A stretch of 64,000 bases of DNA, from the NCBI RefSeq assembly GCF_006345805.1, contig NC_042997.1:60822001-60886000 (forward strand), written 5' to 3'. A program made the position numbers and the translations under genes. The stretch's first letter is position 1. Each line of letters begins with the position of its first letter. This document shows positions 1 through 12,653 of this stretch, piece after piece. Source of the stretch: Octopus sinensis (taxonomy: Eukaryota). The notes under the pieces are model-generated. The model worked only from the letters and a program-made list of their open reading frames with translations, ran no database searches and was not told where the DNA came from.

Positions 1-116
1 TAAATGTTTTCTTTTTTTGTCTCTATGCTTTGAGGCAGTTTTTAAAATACATAATTCCAATATTAACCAACATATAATTTCCAGCATATTTTTCAACTTG
101 AAATACATATTTAAAC

Positions 117-764
117 CAGAGGTGTCAAATTTGATTAGCTTTTTGGGCTGGATTGTAGATCTTGTAGATTAGACAGGGACAATTAGGGCAAAGAAAATGG
201 ATAAAAGATTCAACATAAATTATAACAACTTTATTGATAGTAAAGAAAGGAAAGAATATGAAGTGTTAGCAAAACTTATGCATACACATGTGTGGGAAAA
301 AACTAATCCACAGAGTATGTAAAAATATATACAGTCCCACTAAGTAAGAATCCTTAAAGTGGAAATCGAGAAAGAAATTATTGAAATGGATGTTTACAGT
401 TCCTGAAAAAAATCAATGCTCATAAGAAAGTTTGCATTATTTCATTATAAAACCTTTTACTACATCTCATATCATTATATAAAAATGTACATAAATTTGA
501 AATTAAAAAAAGTATAGACAAAGTGGAAATATGACACACCATTTAATATATGATTTTATGAGTTTCATTTTATTAGTGGAGATTATGAAAGATATTTTAA
601 GACGCACTGATTTGACAAGTCAAAACCAGCATTACAATATTTTACAGAATATTTTAAAATGAAGACAATTTAGTGTAAATTTTTTTATGAAGTTGAACTA
701 AGGACCAAACTAAACATTGCTACAGGCCTGATTAAGCCTGCAGGTTGTATATTTGACACCCCTG
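117..764. mobile_element. Non-autonomous hAT-type DNA transposon
   Basis: TIRs cagaggtgtcaaa (117) and tttgacacccctg (to 764), flanked by 8-bp near-duplicates atttaaac / ttttaaat. A CAGGGG-type TIR with an 8-bp TSD is typical of hAT. Confidence 0.7.
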
Positions 765-975
765 TTTTAAATAATGAAGCAAAATAAAAATCAATTATTC
801 ATCAAACAGAAAGATTATCTTGTACCACTTTAACCCTGTACATAATGAAATTATTATATTCACTGTTTTAATATCCCTCTTAACAATTAAGGAAAAAAAT
901 TGTAACAGTTTTTATGCTTTTCTATTTATGTTACAAAAACATAAAAGAATTATGAATATTAGGAAGAATACTTAC

Positions 976-1148
976 TTTTTTTCCAAAAGCAATACTATTG
1001 GGTTGAGAGTGTGTTTAGGACGAGCATGAGATCGGAGAGGCACAATAAAGTTGTACAAACCATTACTAGCATTATCAGCAGCTATAATAATTGCACGATT
1101 TGGCCAGTTGTAATCTTTTGCATTGATATAACTACAATGCTCACATGT
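976..1148 (-). CDS. slo-2: slo-2 exon, RCK2 start (TCEHCSY...[36 protein letters not shown])
   Basis: 173 nt, taatatag acceptor, gtaagt donor; the next exon (expected to begin KP...) was not found before position 1. Confidence 0.95.
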
Positions 1149-4100
1149 CTATATTAAATAAAATTATATCAAAATAATGGTTAAAGAATTTTAGGCAATT
1201 TATATTAAACATGACTTTAAAAATATATTTTTAATAGTCATAAATTGTGGGATAATAGTAATGAAATACAAACAATTCATTAAAGGAATATGTAGACATT
1301 TAGGATAAATTTAGCTGAAATTGACCCTTTTTTTAGTAAATTATTTTATTAATTTGTGAATATTCAAAAATAAGTTAAATAAAAACAAATTAAATAAGTG
1401 AACATGAATCATTAAAATTTGATATTACCGTAGCTAACTGCAAACAACAAAGTGGCCGTTTTTCTCTTAGAAGGTGACATAAAGTGGGACTTGTACCAAT
1501 ATATGGTGTAACTGGAGGGAATCCTCGAATGTAACTGAAGAGTAAAATAGATATATTTTTTAAGAATCTATCATTTAATAGCTGATGAGTATTTTTTTAT
1601 AATTTATTTAACTTTATAAAACTGTATGCATTTATGCATAATATAGTTTAGAATTAGAAAGTAACATCTGATTATACAAATGATTATGGAATATAAAGAG
1701 AGGAAAATTCATTTTCTGTTGAAAATGTTACTTCAAAATTATATATCAAATTTGACAAAATAATGGTTTCAAAGTTTGGCAGAGGGCCAGCCATTTTTGA
1801 AGGGAAGGGGAAGTCAATTATATCAACACCAGTACTTAACAGGTAGTTATTTTATTGACCCCAAAAATAATGAAGAACAAAAGTTTGAGGAAAACTGTTA
1901 TGCATTTCATGGTAGTTAAGTAAGGAGTCTGAATGCTCTATTCATTAAATTTTGAAATATTTACAATTTGATTTTATATAAAATGATTTTACTATTTTAG
2001 TTAAAACAGTAATTTTGTGTATTTTATTTGAAACTGTTAAACATATCTGAGATGTATGCTGTGTCAAGACATTGTCCTTAGTAAATTCAGTCTGTGATAC
2101 TATTCTATATTTCATTTTGAGCCACTCTAGCATTCTTAATGATCTTGGACAAGTAAAAGATATCACACATTCTCATTTTACTTTCATATAAAGTAGACAT
2201 TTGCTGCATCTCCTAAGGTAATTATTGAAAATTTTATTTGTTGATATTTGTTCTTTATATATATGTATATGAATTTCATTCACATAAATTTAACATATTA
2301 CTTACTCTAAGTGTATACTATTACTCCAGTTACCATCTGTCTGTTCACTTTCTGAATAATCTGTTTCTTCTGAATCAGTATCGGAGTCCCCCATCCTTAG
2401 ATGAATATTGATGGAATCAAGCACAGCAGGAACTGGAGCGATGCTTGGCCGTTTCTGAAGACTTTGGATATTTAATTCTTTTGGTAAGTCTAATGGTGAT
2501 CGTTTACTGTCTTGTCGGTTTAAACAGGACCTTGGAGAGTTGACTTTTGTATGTTGTAGTTCTAATGCAACAGTACCTGAATATGTAAGAAAAGATGATT
2601 TTTAACCATTGTCTCATTTAAGAAAAGCAGTGATAGAAATGACTGGCAGCTGAGGATAAAGATTTGGCACATAAGACATATAAATGTACATAGTAACAGA
2701 GGCATATTTACTTTCAAGTAACTTTGAAGAATTTAAGCACTTCTATAACTGAAAATTTGGGATGATAGACAACATAACCTTTATTTTGTACTTGTTTAAG
2801 TCTTTGAACTACAACCATGCTGAAATGGCCTTTGAAGGGTTTTAACCAAATAGATCAATCCCAGTATTTATATATTTTTAAGTCCAGCACTATCAGTCTT
2901 TTCTGCTGAACTGCTAGTTAATGGAAATGCAAACAAAACAACACTAGTAACCAAGCAGTGGGGTGCGCACACACACACAGAGCTTAGGTCAGCCTGGGGC
3001 TATATTAGAAGACATTTGCCCCCAAAGTGCTATGTAGTGGGAGCAAATCCAAAACCACGTGGTTAGGAAGCAAACTCCTTACCACACAGCTATGCTTGCA
3101 CCTGCTTATTTTAATAAAGCCTAGAAAGATCTAATTCTTTAACGGTCAATATAACAACAGGTTTGAACCTGACTCAATACCTCTAATTTTTTTTGCCTTA
3201 TTTATATTCTGTACAGAATTTAGTCTTTTGAAATAGAGGAATTTCCTGTAGCAAATAAGTCAATTATGAAGTAAGAATAACATTTATATTATATCTTGAA
3301 AACTGCAGCTAGTTGTTACATACCTAAAATACATAAGTTACAAAAGTAATGTTCTAATGTTGGTAATCAATCAATCTGTATCTACATACACACACATATT
3401 GTAAACAAACTTATAAGTGCCACATGTATCAGTATTCTACATAAATAAAGGAATTTGTGAATGCAAGATGACTGTGAAGATAGCTTAGAAAATCAGCTTT
3501 AGTAAATGCAAACAGTGACCAGAAAGCCCCCAAAGGGATCGATCCATATATATATATCTGACTGTAAAACAATGTCTCAGTAATATATTTATTTAACCTA
3601 TACTAGCAAGGAAAAATGGATGTTAAATATATACATGTGTATATATAATGTCTATTTTTCCATGCTAGTCTGAGATAAATGAATATATAATTGAGGCATT
3701 GTTTTACAGCTAGATGTCCTTCTTACTGCTAGCCCATACCAGCTTTTCCAATAAGAGGTCTTTTATTTCAAACAGCTTCAAATATACAGACTCAGTTGAC
3801 AATTAGTTGACTGAGAAAATAACAAGCTCAGAGATTTTCAGAGAAGTGCAAATTTAAACAAAACCACAAATGTGTTTGTATTGATATGTGATTGTATAGC
3901 AGAGAGAGAAAGATAAAATATATACTGACCTACACTTGCAATCATACTCGCCACTCTGGAAGCCTGTTCTGCCCCTTGAGGGAGACGAGCTTTATCTCCT
4001 TTTGGATCCTCTTGATTTGGATGTGCAAGAATAAAAGCAGAATTTTCTTCCTTTGTAATATTCATGTAGAAACAAATGTCAGAACTTCTCATGATATGTC

Positions 4101-7100
4101 TTGGTCCTGGATTTAATTGGATGGTTGAGTTATGAATATCCTGCTGAATTCCAACAAGACTTACTCCGTATCTATTATGAAAGAACATAGACAAATAATT
4201 CTTAATATACTGACATAATAATATATGTAGAGTGTATAAATATACACACAATCTAAATCAAATACTTTCTTTGTCAACCAATGTTTGCACCTGTTTTTAG
4301 TTAGACAAGCTGAGATATGTTGTATCTGGAAAGTCTTCACATTCTATTTTTCTTCTTCATGCTATGCTCTTATAGAAAAAAAAGATTAAGGCAAAAGAGT
4401 ACAAAGTATATTAAAATGGGGAATGCATTATTAGCATTTAAAACTTGAATGCACAGGAAATTTTTTTTTCACTGAAGTTTGAATGGCTGAGTGAAAAGCT
4501 TTGGAAGTTTGAATTCTACTTTGTTTCTTCAAGTATCTATACTATATTCATATTGATTGTGTTAATTTTCAATTCGTTTTGCCTTTGGTAAATCAATGTT
4601 TAAAATATATTCTTTTATAGATATTAAAACTGAAGAAAAACCTTCATAAGCAATACGCTAATAACTTCTACATAATACCATATACTATTTCTTATCACAA
4701 CACAAAACTTAGAAAATCTTATATCAATAAAATTATCACCTCATAGAAGATTAAAGACCACAACATTTGAAAAATATACTTTAGAACGTTCTGCTTTCAA
4801 CAAGATACTTAAAGAGAATGCTTTCTCCATGGGTGACAATTTTTGTCTAATTTCTTAATTTTTACATTTATGCGTGTACTAATATATTTCTAATTTTATT
4901 TCACATTCAGTTTGAGAAATTTCATCCAAATCTAAAATCTTCAGTGAAATTCCAATTTTAAGGATTTAAGCTATTTGTAAAGTGCACAACAAAAATATTA
5001 AGTTCTGTATAGAAAAAAAGTCACATGATGATTTTAGATAAAATACTATAACACACTTACTTTCGATGAGCATGGAAGGAAGCAAAAGTGAAACTTTTGC
5101 CTTCATATTCACCAAAGAATTTGCTGTCCCCAAGTTTTATATGATATATTTCATTTCCAGATCCCCTACCATAAAGACGATGCCAATCAGCATTTGAAGT
5201 TTGTCCTTCTCTGAAATATATAAAAATATTTATAAGCTAAAATAACATTAAGATGAAAACTAATAAAAGAAAAGTGATAGAGATACTGAAAGTATATTAA
5301 GAATAATTGATTCAGTAAATTAACAGAAGGCCAGACAATTCTTATTTATTGTTTTGTACAACATGTCATTAACAAAAGGCAACTGTATTATTCTTAGCAA
5401 AATTATATAGTGTCAAGGGCAATTGATATATGATATAAAGAAAGAAATCACAAGCAGAATTTGCTCTTGTTTTAATTTGCTATGTCAGAACAACACTGAA
5501 GCTGTCTTAATGAAGAGAATCAAAGGAGAACAAATTGCAATGGTTCATCTTCATAATAGGTAGGTGAAGTGTACCACCAAGATTTTAATGTTGGTACAAG
5601 AGAGACAGAGGGAGAAGATACACAACTTAAGCCATTTATAAAGTAAATCTACGTGAGATAAAATCTGGAAATCAGTGTAATTTTATGTAGAATTCATTAC
5701 AAAGTTATCAAATTTAAAATAAACAGAAATTGGTATAGTAAATAAAAACATTTCTTACAATCCTCGAGATGTATGTAATAAGAGGGTCACAAATGTTGAT
5801 GTCCCTGGACAAAGGCAGTTGTTGGCAAGAAGAGCATATTTGAATTCGTCTTCACAAACAATGTGTTCTGAAATGATAAATTGAACATTTAGTGACATCT
5901 TTTTTATTTTAGTCATAAAAATATATAGTCAGTTAGTAAAATGAAAACAAGACACAGTCATTACACAAACCTAATTCCTCTCAACTCATAACAATACATA
6001 GTTACGACAATCACAAACTTTAAAATACTAAACCTCACAATCTCTAAAAATGTTTTCTAATGAACACACATCTATAACAAGGTCATAATTGTATGCAACA
6101 ACTAAACTTCTTTAGGCAATAAAATATGTTAACTTTGAATTGTTACTGACTTTAAACAAAGCACAGCAGTGCATCATACTAGAGTATTGCTTAGACAATC
6201 CTGATTTTATCCGACTGATTAATAAATCTTCACTCACCAACAAACTATAAGCACCATCTCACTGACATATCATACCTTCTCTGTATCTTCTACCAATACT
6301 ACAATGAATCTTGTTCTTCTGAAGTAGCAAATTGTGCATCACCTCTACTCAAATACTACCTGATACATTATTATTCATTTTATGTCTCTACCTACTAAAG
6401 CTGTACTAAATACTCAACCCTTAATTTCTCAAACTGTAACTCGTTCCACACTGCTTGCCTTTTTTGAAGAGAAATTGAAACTGATGCCAACTATACTGAG
6501 TTCACTAATCTGGTAGGTCTGTAAATGCTATAGCAAAACCTATCTCATGCAGAGTAAATATGATTTCAAAAAATTGGAGAGAAAAACAATGAAATCTGAT
6601 CTCAACAAAGAAAAGGGTTCGTATTTGAAATGATATAAGAGAGAGGAAAGTCAAAAGCATTTCAACTGAAGATACATACTTCATATAAAAATACAAGTTT
6701 ATTTAGCAGTGATGAAGTAAAAGCTATTTACCGGCAAATTTAACATGGAATTTATTTTCAGGTCGGAAAATCTGGACATATAAAGGACATAAAGGTGCAA
6801 AATCTTTAACTGCCCATGATCTAAGAATTGTGTGTTGATCCTAAATAAAAAAGAACAATAGTAATAACAAAGATGTAGTACAAAATATTTCATATGAAAA
6901 TCCCCCAAAATATAAGTATTTTATAAAAGAAATGTATTTGCTTTAAATTCTGGTAATCAAGCTTAACATTATCAAACTATAATTCCATGTAAATAAAAAT
7001 GAAAGTTTATTTTTTAAAAAATAGCTAAATATAAAAGAATTTTAATATTAAGTGAAATAGACAGCATCAAATATCTAGAGTAATGTTAATTTTATGTTAA

Positions 7101-10100
7101 CATTGAAAAAGAAAAAAAACTTACAGCAGCATTTTTATCTGCATAGTTCCGTGCAGCCAATATCATACAGGCCTCAGCATCTTGCATTCTGAATGAAAAT
7201 ATAAAAGTTGTTTATTCAAAAACAGTGATCTCTCTCATGATAAATGTATACAGACCAGTATTTTAATCTAAGACTGTTTTAAGTGTGTATATTAATTTAA
7301 TTCCAACTTGGCTAGCTTCACACAAATTAGTAAATGCTTTGTTTACACATTTCTATATCAGAGCAGGTATTTTTCAGCTTAACTCAGAATATTGTAGATA
7401 TTTGTCACTAAGAAGAATAAACTAGACCAAAACATTATGCCTGGTGATCAACCAGTGTTCAGAGTGAAGCCCAGTGTTTTAACACATAAATTTCTCTGAG
7501 ATAAAATATTACATCTGGTTCTATTTTACATTTGTATACATATAAATGTTATACTGGTATTTCAATCTGAAGTTGTTTTAAGTGCATATATTAATTTAAG
7601 GAGAAAGAAAGAAAGAAAACAACATACCTGCACCTAGCAAGATCAGAATCTTTTAAAGCTGATCCCTGGATGTAGATGACTCTTTGTGCCCATAAAGGTA
7701 CTTGTAACAGCATCTTCATTGTTGGGTCTAATTCACATGGTGATAATAGTACTACAAAGTAATCCTGAGAAAATATAAAATATTTCATTTCTTAATGAAT
7801 GGGGGAAATAAAGTTTGCTGAATCTTTATGCAATTTTTAGGTATAACATTTTTAAAAGTAATTTTTTAAACAAAAAAAGATATAGAAAGAAAAAAAGAAA
7901 AGAAAAATAATGAAAAATGTAGATTTTATGTTTATTATAAAATAAAATCTTTCAATTCTCAGAGACATTTTTGCAAATAAATATTATCTGACTTATTATT
8001 GTCTTTTTTAATGTAGCTTAAAATCACATTTATATTTAATTCCCTGTAGCCATTGTATAAAATATTTAAATGACTGTGTTCAAATTTACTGTTTCAAGCG
8101 CTTGACTAAAAAACAACAATGAAAAATTTATATGCGATATTATTTTTATGTTTCCAAAATCTATTAAAACAGAAGAATATCACTACCTAAGGCAACTTAA
8201 TTTTCCAAGCTATGTTTGAAGATGAGGAACATAAAATTTTAAATCGCCAAGATGTTTTATCAATTTTACAATGATTACAATGAACTGTACGACTTTGTGA
8301 TATCTATTTAAAACTAGGTAAATAACTAACTCTGCCTCTGATAATCAACAAAGTTGGATGGGGATCAATATGTTTTACAGAGACTTAAATCAAAAGTAGC
8401 TGTTTAGAAGAATTAGTTAGATTTAAATGTGCCTCAGGAAAACTTAGAAACTTGTTTGTTATATATTCTTGTATTATGTGCATATAAATTTAATATATAT
8501 ATCATTATCATAATTTTTACATTCACTTTACCATCCTTACACATATCAGACAAAATTCAATAGGGTGGATTTTCTTTGGCCAGATGCTTTTCTAGTCAAT
8601 CTTCAATAGTTTCCAAGCAAAATAAATATTTCATCTAGTTCTTCAAATATTGCATGAGTTGGGTGATTCCAGAGAAGAATGCAAATAAATGACTCTACTT
8701 ATATGGCATTTGCTTACAATTAGTGGCAATGTCATGACACAAACATATGTACACACACACACACACACACACAACAGGATCTTCTCAGTTTCCATCTACC
8801 AAATCCATTTACAAAGCACAGTAAAACTGAACTTTAAAACCATGTGTTTGTGAAGCAAATGTCTTCACTATAAACTGATGTCTGCATCCAGGTATATGCC
8901 TGTTGTATATATACATGTGAGAGAGAGAGAGAGAGAGAGTGTGTGTGTGTGTGTGTGTGAGCACGTGCACACATGTGTGCATCAGATGATGTATTTATAT
9001 AATGAGTGCTCTCTACATCAGCTACTCCTCCATTTATGGCACTTGCTACAGGAATACTCTCAAAGAAAATCCATTTATTTACAATATTTCAAAACTCTCT
9101 ATTTCATTTCACTATGAGAAAAGTTTCAAAAGCTCTAAAGTTATAAAGAAAAAAATGTATTTTTGGCCAGTTTCTTGAACGCTATTCCAAATTTATTTCA
9201 TTCGTCACTTTGATGAAGAAGGGTCAATGTCTGTTAACCATTTTCAACTCTCATATATTGGGAGGTTAAGTAGTTGAAGAGAAAAAATAGCATGAAGTTA
9301 ATTCACAAGAGATATAATTCTACAAATGAAAAACTGACCAAAGTATTTAATATGGAGCAATTGGAAGCGATGAAGGTGTATTAACTAATGTGAAAGAGTT
9401 AATACAGAGAGATGAGTATGGAAACATGCATATCTAATTTTAGGGGAAAACCTTTTAATTAGTTAATAAGAACTAGTTAAAATAGTAATTGAAAACAATG
9501 AATCTTAACAGTAAATTATCAAAGAGAAGCTTATGATATCATTTTAAAGAAAATGACACACTGTTTTTCACAATTAGTAACATAGAGAATAATAACTAAT
9601 GGATTCCGGGTAACTTGGAACTATTAATATTCATGAAATATAGAGGAGATCAAGATCCTCATCATCATCAATAATCACGACCACCACAACCACCACGACC
9701 ACCACGACCACCACGACCACCACAACCACCACCATCATCATCGTCATCATCATCATCATCCTCATCACCATCATCATTTAGTGTCTGTTTTCCATACTGC
9801 TATGGTTTGGATGGTTTGACAAGAGTTGGAAACCAGGAGACAGTGTCAGCTTTGGCATAGTTTCTATCGCTGGATACCCTTCCTAACACTGACCACTTTA
9901 CAAAGTGATAGCAAAAAATGGTAGAACAATGGACAAAATACCTTATAATTGCATCCCCTTAGGTTCCAAGTTCAAATCATGCTCATAAACTAGTTTCAAT
10001 CTTAGCATCTATGAAATAAGTGCCAATCAAATTCTGGTTCATTCCAATAGACCACATGTTTTTCCCCAAAATGTATAGCCTAGTGCTAATGCCAAAAATC

Positions 10101-12621
10101 AATGCTTATAAAATTTATATTTAGAAATTTATCTTTGTACTAAAAAATTGATTTTTTTTTCTCTATTATAGATTCTCTGTAATTTTCTCTTTTTTTAGTG
10201 AATTCTCATATTTGCAAATCATAATATAATCCTCAAAATAAGATAATGTAATATAGCATGTTTTTCAAATACATGCTGAGAGCAGTTTTTTTGCATGGGA
10301 TTTTTGAAATATCTGCTTTTATCAGGAATATACTATTTTTTTTAAAATTCAGAACTCTAATCTCATTATATTTCTGAATGTGTATAATTCTCATTCTCTT
10401 CTCTTTTTATTTTGATTTCTACATGAAAAGAATATTCATTGCAACACAGACTCATTCCTAGTCAAGCATAGTATGTATATATGTGTGTATATGTGTTGTA
10501 CTTATGAGAGAAGAAGAGAGTACTTAATATTAGCTGTAGTTGATTAGATTGAATCTCGAGATTTAGTCAGTCCTAAAATATTGTCAAGTTAGACACATAA
10601 GGTGGATACTCAACTTTCAACAAACATACACTCATATACTTTTCTTTTTCCATCAGGTAAATGGCCCTAGTCTATATGTAGGAAAGGAGTTGGAAGAACT
10701 TCCATTCACTGCAGTGTAAACTATGGACACACAAGAGGTGTAGTCAGACCATAGGTAGATTAACAGATAAAGTCGTCTTTGTATGTGGCAGATGTGCAGG
10801 AACAATAAGCACTAAGAGCACACCGGACTTAGATTCTCTCAAATGCCCAGGAGGCTCTGTTGAGTTTGCAGATAGTTTCTGTTACCAAGGTGACCAAATT
10901 AGCAATGGTGGAAGATGTTCTACAAGTATTGTTCCTAGAATAAGAATTGTGTGGAGGAAGTTTAGAGAGCTATTATCTCTGCTGGCAACAAAAGGACTCT
11001 CTCACTCAGAGTGAAAGGTAGACTATATGATGCCTGTGTACAAACGGCTATACTCCATGGTAATGAGATATGGGCTCTGAATGCAGAAGACATGTGTCGA
11101 CTGGAGTGAAATGAAGGTAATATGCTCTGTTGGATGTGAAACATCAGTGCACATATATGACAAAGTGCAAATGTATTGAGGGAAAAGTTAGGCATAAGAG
11201 GAATCAAATGCAGAATGCAAGAGAGAAGACTACATTGGTTTGGACATGTGATTCGTATGATTGAGGACAGCTGTATAAAGAAATGCCAATCACCGAAAGT
11301 AGACAGTACCTACAGAAGAGGGAGACCCAGGAAGTTGTAGGATGAAGCAGCAAGGACCAATCTCAGGATGTTGGGCCTCATGGAAGAAATGACAATGGAC
11401 TGAGATGTCTGGTGATATGAAGTTCTTGAGAAGACCTGCCCACATCAGCAAAACTGAGTTCTAAAAGTGCTGTGTGTCCAACCTACACTTTCTCACACAC
11501 TCTACCACAAAAAACCAAACTACATCTCTTCTCTTCCTCACATTTCCAATTCATGCACTAGGCTTACCTCCCACTCTCCAATCTTGTCCTCTTGGCCCTG
11601 TGCCACTGTATCATTGCTCTCCACTAGCTTCCAACCTGTGTGTTCCACTCACACCCTGTCTCACTTTATCATTGTTATCTGTGAGCCCACAAACTATGTA
11701 ACAATAAAACTTTTTCGCACACCTTACCCCAACAAACCAATCTACATCTCCACATCTCTTCCTCACATTTCCTCCTTCATACATTATGCTTAGCTCCCAC
11801 TCCCCAATCCTGTCCTCACGGCCCTATTCCTCTGTATCATTGCTATTCAGTAGCCCCTTCCCCTGACTGTATATACATCCAGGTTTTCACCATTCACTAC
11901 CCCACTTCACACTCTTTAATTATGCTTTCTTCACAATATATGCTATTTATATCATGGAGTTCGAACCTCAAGGCACTTGCCACCATCTACATCTCTCTCT
12001 TCCTTTACTCAACCATCCCATTTATATTCTGATCTTTGTCCCTTGTGAGTATGTTTGGCTCTTTGCCACCATCTTGTTGTCTCCCACTCTCTCTCTCCTT
12101 TTTCAGCACTTTTCTCAGGTTGGGTAACCATGTATTTCCTTTGTGGCAGCACACCTGTTTCTTTCTTCATTCCTCATCTCTCTCTCGCTTTCTCTCTGTT
12201 TCTCTCTCTCTCCGGCTGGGTAACTTTGTACCTTCTCTACAGCAAGACACCTGTTTCTTTCTCTCTGTCACACTAACTTTCATCATCCGACTCAAGATCA
12301 CCTCCTGCAATGCCCCCTCCGCTCTCTTGCAAGTGCTTGGTGACCCTGTCAGTACAGGTGCCATTAAAAGCATCCAGTCCACACTGAAGTGGTTGGTGTT
12401 TGGAAGGGCATCTAGCTGTAAAAACCTTGCCAAAACTGAGCTCACCTATACTTGAGCCACATAAAAAGCACTAAGTTCACTCTGTTGAGTGGTTGGTATT
12501 AGGAAGGGCATCCAGCTGTAGAAATCCTGCCAAAACAGTTACAGAAGTCTGGTGCGGGCTTCTGCCTGGCTTGCTGTCATCAAACTGTCCCACCCATATC
12601 AGCATGAAAGGCAGACATTAA

Positions 12622-12653
<32 letters not shown>

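Noticed and set aside
2328-2334. Alternative donor (G|gtaact) in the linker exon
   Set aside because: It gives phase 1, but the next exon needs phase 2; the gtaagt donor at 2305 keeps the frame.
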